DNA of 10,676 bases. Source: Sulfurimonadaceae bacterium (lineage in GTDB: Bacteria; Campylobacterota; Campylobacteria; Campylobacterales; Sulfurimonadaceae). The translations under genes and the position numbers were made by a program. Under the pieces are notes generated by a model. The model had not been told where the DNA came from, made no database searches, and worked only from the letters and a program-made list of their open reading frames with translations. This document shows, piece by piece, positions 6,997 through 10,676 of this stretch. The stretch covers positions 1 to 10,676 of the forward strand of contig JBFESZ010000073.1 in the NCBI GenBank assembly GCA_041548245.1, given 5' to 3'. Every line of letters begins with the position of its first letter. The first letter of the stretch is position 1.

Positions 6997-7632
6997 TCAT
7001 AAAATAATATACCCTTCACCTATACGGTTCTCAATGATGCCATCGGGAATCTTATTTCTTAATCGCTTCACCAGCTGCCTGACATGACTGGTCTGTACAT
7101 CTCCTCCCCATACTGCCATCTCTATTTGTTCATTGGTAACGAGATGGCCACGGTTTGTTGCCAAAAGTTCAAAACAGGTACGCTCCTTGAATGTCAAAGT
7201 CAGCTCTTTTTCATGAAGAAAGAGCTGTTGATGTAGGGTATTATAAAAGAGCCCGGAGGGAAGTTCAATGCCCTGATCATAAGTGCGTAAAAAGGACTTG
7301 ATCTTAAGCTCCAGCTCCAAAATGTCAAAGGGCTTCTTCAAATAGTCATTACAACCGCTGTTGTAAGCGGCAGAGACCATGCTGATATCTATGGTCGCGC
7401 TGATCATAATGACGGGTTTTTGAGGATAGATCTGACGGATGCTCTCAAGCAGGGTAATGCCGTTGACCTCGGGAATATCGATGTCGAGTATATACATGAC
7501 ATGATTGTCTTTAATGGCCTCGAAAGCTTTCAATCCGTCGGTATAGCTATCTGTCTCATAGCCCTTGCTTTTTAGATAATCGGTAATGGTCCGATTGAGC
7601 ACATACTCATCTTCTACCAGCATGATTTTCAT
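6997..7632 (-). CDS. OmpR/PhoB-family two-component response regulator
   Basis: Receiver domain MKIMLVEDE...YILDIDIP...VIMISA...DYLKKPF. Winged-helix output LTFKE...LATNRG...VW...VRQLVKRLRNKI...IENRIGEGY. Confidence 0.95.
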   Translation of the reverse strand: MKIMLVEDEYVLNRTITDYLKSKGYETDSYTDGLKAFEAIKDNHVMYILDIDIPEVNGITLLESIRQIYPQKPVIMISATIDISMVSAAYNSGCNDYLKKPFDILELELKIKSFLRTYDQGIELPSGLFYNTLHQQLFLHEKELTLTFKERTCFELLATNRGHLVTNEQIEMAVWGGDVQTSHVRQLVKRLRNKIPDGIIENRIGEGYIIL

Positions 7633-7658
7633 TCAAGGCCTTTTGTTAACATGTACTT

Positions 7659-7691
7659 AATATACAATATGGAAGTAAAATTCATGTAAAA
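7659..7691 (-). promoter_or_regulatory. Promoter of the regulator/kinase operon with tandem TTTTAC repeat (putative autoregulatory box) and -10 TATATT
   Basis: Minus strand TTTTACATGAA TTTTACTTCCA TATTG TATATT. Repeat-to--10 spacing is the same as in the diguanylate cyclase promoter. Confidence 0.6.
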
Positions 7692-7709
7692 AAGAGAACC
7701 TTTAGCTAG

Positions 7710-7756
7710 GGTGTCGGAATGCTTTGTGGATTTTTTACACGGTGATGGGATGCTTT
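7710..7756. repeat. Imperfect 16-bp direct repeat, 31-bp period
   Basis: GGTGTCGGAATGCTTT (7710-7725) and GGTGATGGGATGCTTT (7741-7756), 13/16 identical. Confidence 0.5.
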
Positions 7757-7821
7757 TTTCGTGTTTGCAGCTACATTAAACGAAGGTCTTTTTCCTTATG
7801 CAAAGTAAAGTAATCGGGGTA

Positions 7822-7827
7822 TATAAT
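7822..7827 (+). promoter_or_regulatory. Putative -10 box TATAAT for the alcohol dehydrogenase gene
   Basis: Perfect TATAAT 25 nt before the ATG at 7853, followed by the AGAAGGA RBS. Confidence 0.55.
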
Positions 7828-7852
7828 CCTCTTTGACAACAGAAGGATAGAT

Positions 7853-8998
7853 ATGAATGATTTTATGTACTACAACCCTACCAAGATAGAGTTCGGTAAG
7901 GGTAAAGAGAAAAATATTGGAAAATATATCAAAGAAGCCGGAGTTGAAAGCGTTCTTTTGGTTTATGGGATGGGCAGTATCAAAAGAAGCAGTCTCTATG
8001 ATGATGTCATTGCTTCGCTTCAAGAAAGCGGCATAGTCTACGAAGAGCTCGACGGTATTGTGAGTAACCCGCTTCTAAGCCGGGTATACGATGGTATCGA
8101 GATTGCCAAGGATAAAAAGCTTCAGGCTGTACTGGGTGTCGGCGGGGGTTCTGTTGCTGATTCGGTCAAGGCTATCGCTGCAGGGGCTAAATATGAGGGG
8201 GACGTGTGGGACTTCTTTATCCAAAAAGCCCAGATCACCCAAGCGCTTCCCGTTTTTACCGTTATGACACTTGCGGCAACGGCCAGTGAGATGAACGGAA
8301 ACTCGGTTGTGATGAAGGATGAAACAAAGCAGAAGTACTCTATCTCCTCCGTGCTGGTTAACCCTGTTCTATCTGTGATCAATCCGGAGTTGATGGCTAC
8401 TGTGACGAAAGAGTATCTGGCTTATTCAGCGGTTGATGCGATTGCGCACTCCATAGAGATCTATTTTACAGCTTCATATCATCCGAATTTCAATTCAAGG
8501 ATCGTCGAATCGATCATCAAGTCCATTATGGAGACAACGGAAATCTTGATTGATGATCCGGACAATTATGATGCCAGAGGGGAGTTTGCATGGGTGGCGA
8601 CCCAGGCATTAAACGGCTTGACACCTGCAGGAACGGCCGGCGGTTCATTTCCGAACCATATGATCGAGCATGCCCTTTCGGCGCTGTTCAATATTGCGCA
8701 TGGGGCAGGTCTTTCTATCGTCATCCCTGCATGGATGAAGTGGTATAAGAACCAAAACCTTGCTCAGTTTGAACGTTTTGCCAAAGAGGTCTTTGGCGTT
8801 GAGGGTGCGGATGCTGGCATAGAGGCTTTGCAGAACTGGTTTGCAAAAATCGGTTCTCCCGTGAGTCTGGCAGATGCGAACATACCAAGAGAAAGTATTG
8901 CGGACTTGGCAGAAAATGCGGCAGAACTGGGTGTATTATGGGGCATGGGTGGTATCTATGAGAAAGATATCATCATCGAGATATTGGAAAAAGCCTAG
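7853..8998 (+). CDS. Iron-containing alcohol dehydrogenase (BdhA/YqhD-like NAD(P)H-dependent butanol dehydrogenase / aldehyde reductase)
   Basis: FMYYNPTKIEFGKG N-terminus, YGMGS, VGGGSVADSVK, TLAATASEMN, metal ligands DAIAH...NHMIEH...AHGAGL. Good AGAAGGA RBS. Confidence 0.93.
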   Translation: MNDFMYYNPTKIEFGKGKEKNIGKYIKEAGVESVLLVYGMGSIKRSSLYDDVIASLQESGIVYEELDGIVSNPLLSRVYDGIEIAKDKKLQAVLGVGGGSVADSVKAIAAGAKYEGDVWDFFIQKAQITQALPVFTVMTLAATASEMNGNSVVMKDETKQKYSISSVLVNPVLSVINPELMATVTKEYLAYSAVDAIAHSIEIYFTASYHPNFNSRIVESIIKSIMETTEILIDDPDNYDARGEFAWVATQALNGLTPAGTAGGSFPNHMIEHALSALFNIAHGAGLSIVIPAWMKWYKNQNLAQFERFAKEVFGVEGADAGIEALQNWFAKIGSPVSLADANIPRESIADLAENAAELGVLWGMGGIYEKDIIIEILEKA

Positions 8999-9005
8999 AA
9001 CATAA

Positions 9006-9064
9006 AGCGGATTATGAGCTTATAAGAGAGAAAGTTCTTATAGTGGATGTTCTCATAATCCGCT
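9006..9064. terminator. Long compound stem-loop between convergent genes (probable bidirectional terminator or REP-like element)
   Basis: Perfect 13-bp inverted repeat AGCGGATTATGAG (9006-9018) / CTCATAATCCGCT (9052-9064) enclosing an inner stem TATAAGA (9021-9027) / TCTTATA (9036-9042). Confidence 0.6.
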
Positions 9065-9093
9065 ATGCAGTTTATAGAGCAACCCGTAAAGCT

Positions 9094-9240
9094 TTACTTC
9101 TTCGAGGAAAGTTTCTTTTCCGATTTTTCCTTTTTTTTGTAAGCCTTTAGATCTTTTTTAATCTGCTGTTTCAGCTCTTTTTTCAACAGGGACTTGACCT
9201 GTTTTTTAACGTACTTTTGAAGTTTTTTTGCATCAATCAT
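9094..9240 (-). CDS. Small lysine-rich hypothetical protein (48 aa), absent from the ORF track
   Basis: Manual translation gives MIDAKKLQKYVKKQVKSLLKKELKQQIKKDLKAYKKKEKSEKKLSSKK*. Strong RBS GGAGGTG just upstream and a -10-like TATGAT at 9275-9270. Confidence 0.7.
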   Translation of the reverse strand: MIDAKKLQKYVKKQVKSLLKKELKQQIKKDLKAYKKKEKSEKKLSSKK

Positions 9241-9321
9241 TTCACACCTCCATCTTTGTATCTACAACAATCATAGTCCATTCTTACTTACTCGAATATA
9301 AAATGGAGCATGGCTCTGCTG

Positions 9322-9327
9322 TATAAT
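9322..9327 (+). promoter_or_regulatory. Putative -10 box TATAAT for ribokinase
   Basis: ctgTATAAT followed by the AAGGAGGAG RBS and ATG at 9355. Confidence 0.55.
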
Positions 9328-9354
9328 ACATGATATGCAAGGAGGAGTCAGCCC

Positions 9355-10242
9355 ATGAAGGTCATCAATTTCGGTTCGATCAATATCGATCATGTCTACA
9401 GTGTTGAGCATTTCGTCCGCCCTGGCGAGACACTTCGCAGTGAGGGGTACCAGGTCTTTTCAGGCGGAAAGGGGGCTAACCAATCCATTGCCCTTGCTTA
9501 TGCCGGAGCCAAGGTATTTCATGCCGGCAAGATCGGTCACGACAGCGAGTGGCTAAGGGAGGGGCTTCGCAGATGCGGAGTAGACACTTCCATGATAGAC
9601 TCTGTTGATATTCCCACGGGTCATGCCATTATTCAGGTCAATGCCCAGGGTGAAAATGCCATTATTATCCATGCCGGGGCCAATGAGAGTTTTGGTGAGG
9701 AAGAGATAAAGAGGGTTTTGGATGTGTGCGAGAGTGGAGATTATCTGCTTTTGCAAAATGAGATAAACGGTGTGGATAGAATCCTCAACCAGGCTAAAAA
9801 CCGGGGGATCCATATCGTTTTCAACCCTGCTCCCATGAGTGAGGCTGTCAAAACCTATCCTCTTGACGAGGTCGAGGTCTTTATCATCAATGAAGTCGAA
9901 GGAGAAATGCTCACAGCAGAGCATGAGCCAAAGATGATTATCAAACGCATGCAGGAGCTCTATCCCCAGAGTCAAGTCCTTTTGACGCTGGGAAAGGATG
10001 GCCTTGTCTATGCCTATGGAAAAAAACATATCACAAAAGCGGCTCTGGAGGTTCAGACAGTGGATACCACGGGAGCCGGCGACACTTTTATAGGCTATTT
10101 TCTAGCAGGTCTGATGAAAGAGGAAGATATTGAGATGTGTCTTGATATGGCTATCAAAGCATCTGCACTCTGTGTGACTCGAAAGGGTGCGGCCGATTCT
10201 ATACCAACAAGAGAAGAGCTTTTTAGAGTGAATGTGATATAA
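9355..10242 (+). CDS. rbsK: Ribokinase (PfkB carbohydrate kinase family)
   Basis: GSINID, GGKGANQ, PTGHAII, GENAI, LQNEI, FNPAP, INEVE, TLGKDG and DTTGAGDTF signature motifs. Strong RBS. Confidence 0.9.
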   Translation: MKVINFGSINIDHVYSVEHFVRPGETLRSEGYQVFSGGKGANQSIALAYAGAKVFHAGKIGHDSEWLREGLRRCGVDTSMIDSVDIPTGHAIIQVNAQGENAIIIHAGANESFGEEEIKRVLDVCESGDYLLLQNEINGVDRILNQAKNRGIHIVFNPAPMSEAVKTYPLDEVEVFIINEVEGEMLTAEHEPKMIIKRMQELYPQSQVLLTLGKDGLVYAYGKKHITKAALEVQTVDTTGAGDTFIGYFLAGLMKEEDIEMCLDMAIKASALCVTRKGAADSIPTREELFRVNVI

Positions 10243-10251
10243 TGATAAAAT
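10235..10251 (+). promoter_or_regulatory. Two overlapping extended -10 boxes (TGaTATAAT, TGaTAAAAT) over the rbsK stop codon
   Basis: TG-A-TATAAT at 10235-10243 and TG-A-TAAAAT at 10243-10251, upstream of the ATG at 10276. Confidence 0.5.
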
Positions 10252-10275
10252 ACTATTAAAATATGGCTTTTTTAC

Positions 10276-10676
10276 ATGGATGATACAAACCTGTCTCAAA
10301 TTTTTGATTTATTGGATACCCTGCCTAACCCGGTCACGCTGAATGAACTGGCCTATGATGATAAGGGCGAAGCTTATGATAAGATCATTTATACAAATAA
10401 AAGTTTTATAAAGAGTATTGGATATACGGTTGAAGAGATTCCCGATGACAAAACGTGGTTTAGTAAGGCCTATCCGGAAGAGAGTTATCAAAAGTATATA
10501 ACGACGGAATGGTTCAATGCTGTAAAAAAGGCACAAAAAGAAGAGACGGACCTCAATGGGTTTCCGGCTAAAGTTCACTGTAAAGACGGAAAGTTCCGCT
10601 GGTTTAATATCACGACCCAATTGAACCATCCGATCAGTGGTCAATACAGGACGATTGTATTTGTCCAGACAGACAC
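10276..10676 (+). CDS. PAS-domain sensor protein, 3'-truncated, absent from the ORF track
   Basis: Open frame from ATG 10276 to the window end: MDDTNLSQIFDLLDTLPNPVTLNE...IIYTNKSFIKSIGYTVEEIPDDKTWFSKAYPEE...FPAKVHCKDGKFRWFNITT...TIVFVQTD. Shows the PAS (N..F...GY..EE) and PAC (KDG..RW) patterns. Confidence 0.85.
   Translation, partial: MDDTNLSQIFDLLDTLPNPVTLNELAYDDKGEAYDKIIYTNKSFIKSIGYTVEEIPDDKTWFSKAYPEESYQKYITTEWFNAVKKAQKEETDLNGFPAKVHCKDGKFRWFNITTQLNHPISGQYRTIVFVQTD

Noticed and set aside
7709-7722. GG-N10-GC spacing resembling a sigma54 -24/-12 promoter
   Set aside because: Flanking bases do not match TGGCAC-N5-TTGC, and a sigma70 TATAAT is present closer to the ADH gene.
7711-7779. 22-codon GTG-start ORF in the regulator/ADH intergenic region
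   Set aside because: No convincing RBS or promoter, and length within chance expectation.
4265-10299. Track ORFs 4265..4456, 4874..5101, 6109..6312, 7796..8023, 8122..8382, 8764..8946, 9553..10029 and 10102..10299
   Set aside because: Antisense to confident genes, with no recognisable protein features.
10309-10644. 111-aa minus-strand ORF
   Set aside because: It is the antisense shadow of the + strand PAS-domain gene starting at 10276.
1-10676. CRISPR array, transposase/IS ends, tRNA/rRNA, phage or defence genes
   Set aside because: No regularly spaced repeats, terminal repeats, cloverleaf or relevant protein motifs were seen. Nearly all of the sequence is accounted for by the listed genes.

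Overview
AT-rich bacterial chromosomal window. Gene content and promoter style ((TG)nTATAAT-type -10 boxes, AAGGA ribosome-binding sites) suggest Campylobacterota, probably Sulfurovum/Sulfurimonas-like; this is an inference. In order: a 5'-truncated hypothetical protein (+), a plsC / hypoxanthine-DNA glycosylase operon (-), dbpA RNA helicase (+), a second hypothetical protein (-), a PAS-GGDEF diguanylate cyclase (-), an OmpR-family regulator with membrane histidine kinase (-), an iron-containing alcohol dehydrogenase (+), a long intergenic hairpin, a 48-aa lysine-rich ORF missing from the ORF track (-), ribokinase (+), and a 3'-truncated PAS-domain gene (+) also missing from the track. Four observations stand out. 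(1) The two hypothetical proteins are divergent paralogs sharing a ~145-aa helical domain and an acidic/Phe C-terminal tail. (2) The response-regulator and diguanylate-cyclase promoters share a 33-bp element (25/33 identical) made of an 11-bp-periodic direct repeat followed by a -10 box, suggesting an autoregulated two-component/c-di-GMP circuit. (3) A 20-codon mini-ORF bridges the regulator and kinase genes, with ATGA overlaps at both ends and a slippery heptamer. (4) The very basic small protein has a strong RBS and its own -10 box. No mobile element, CRISPR array, tRNA or rRNA was seen.
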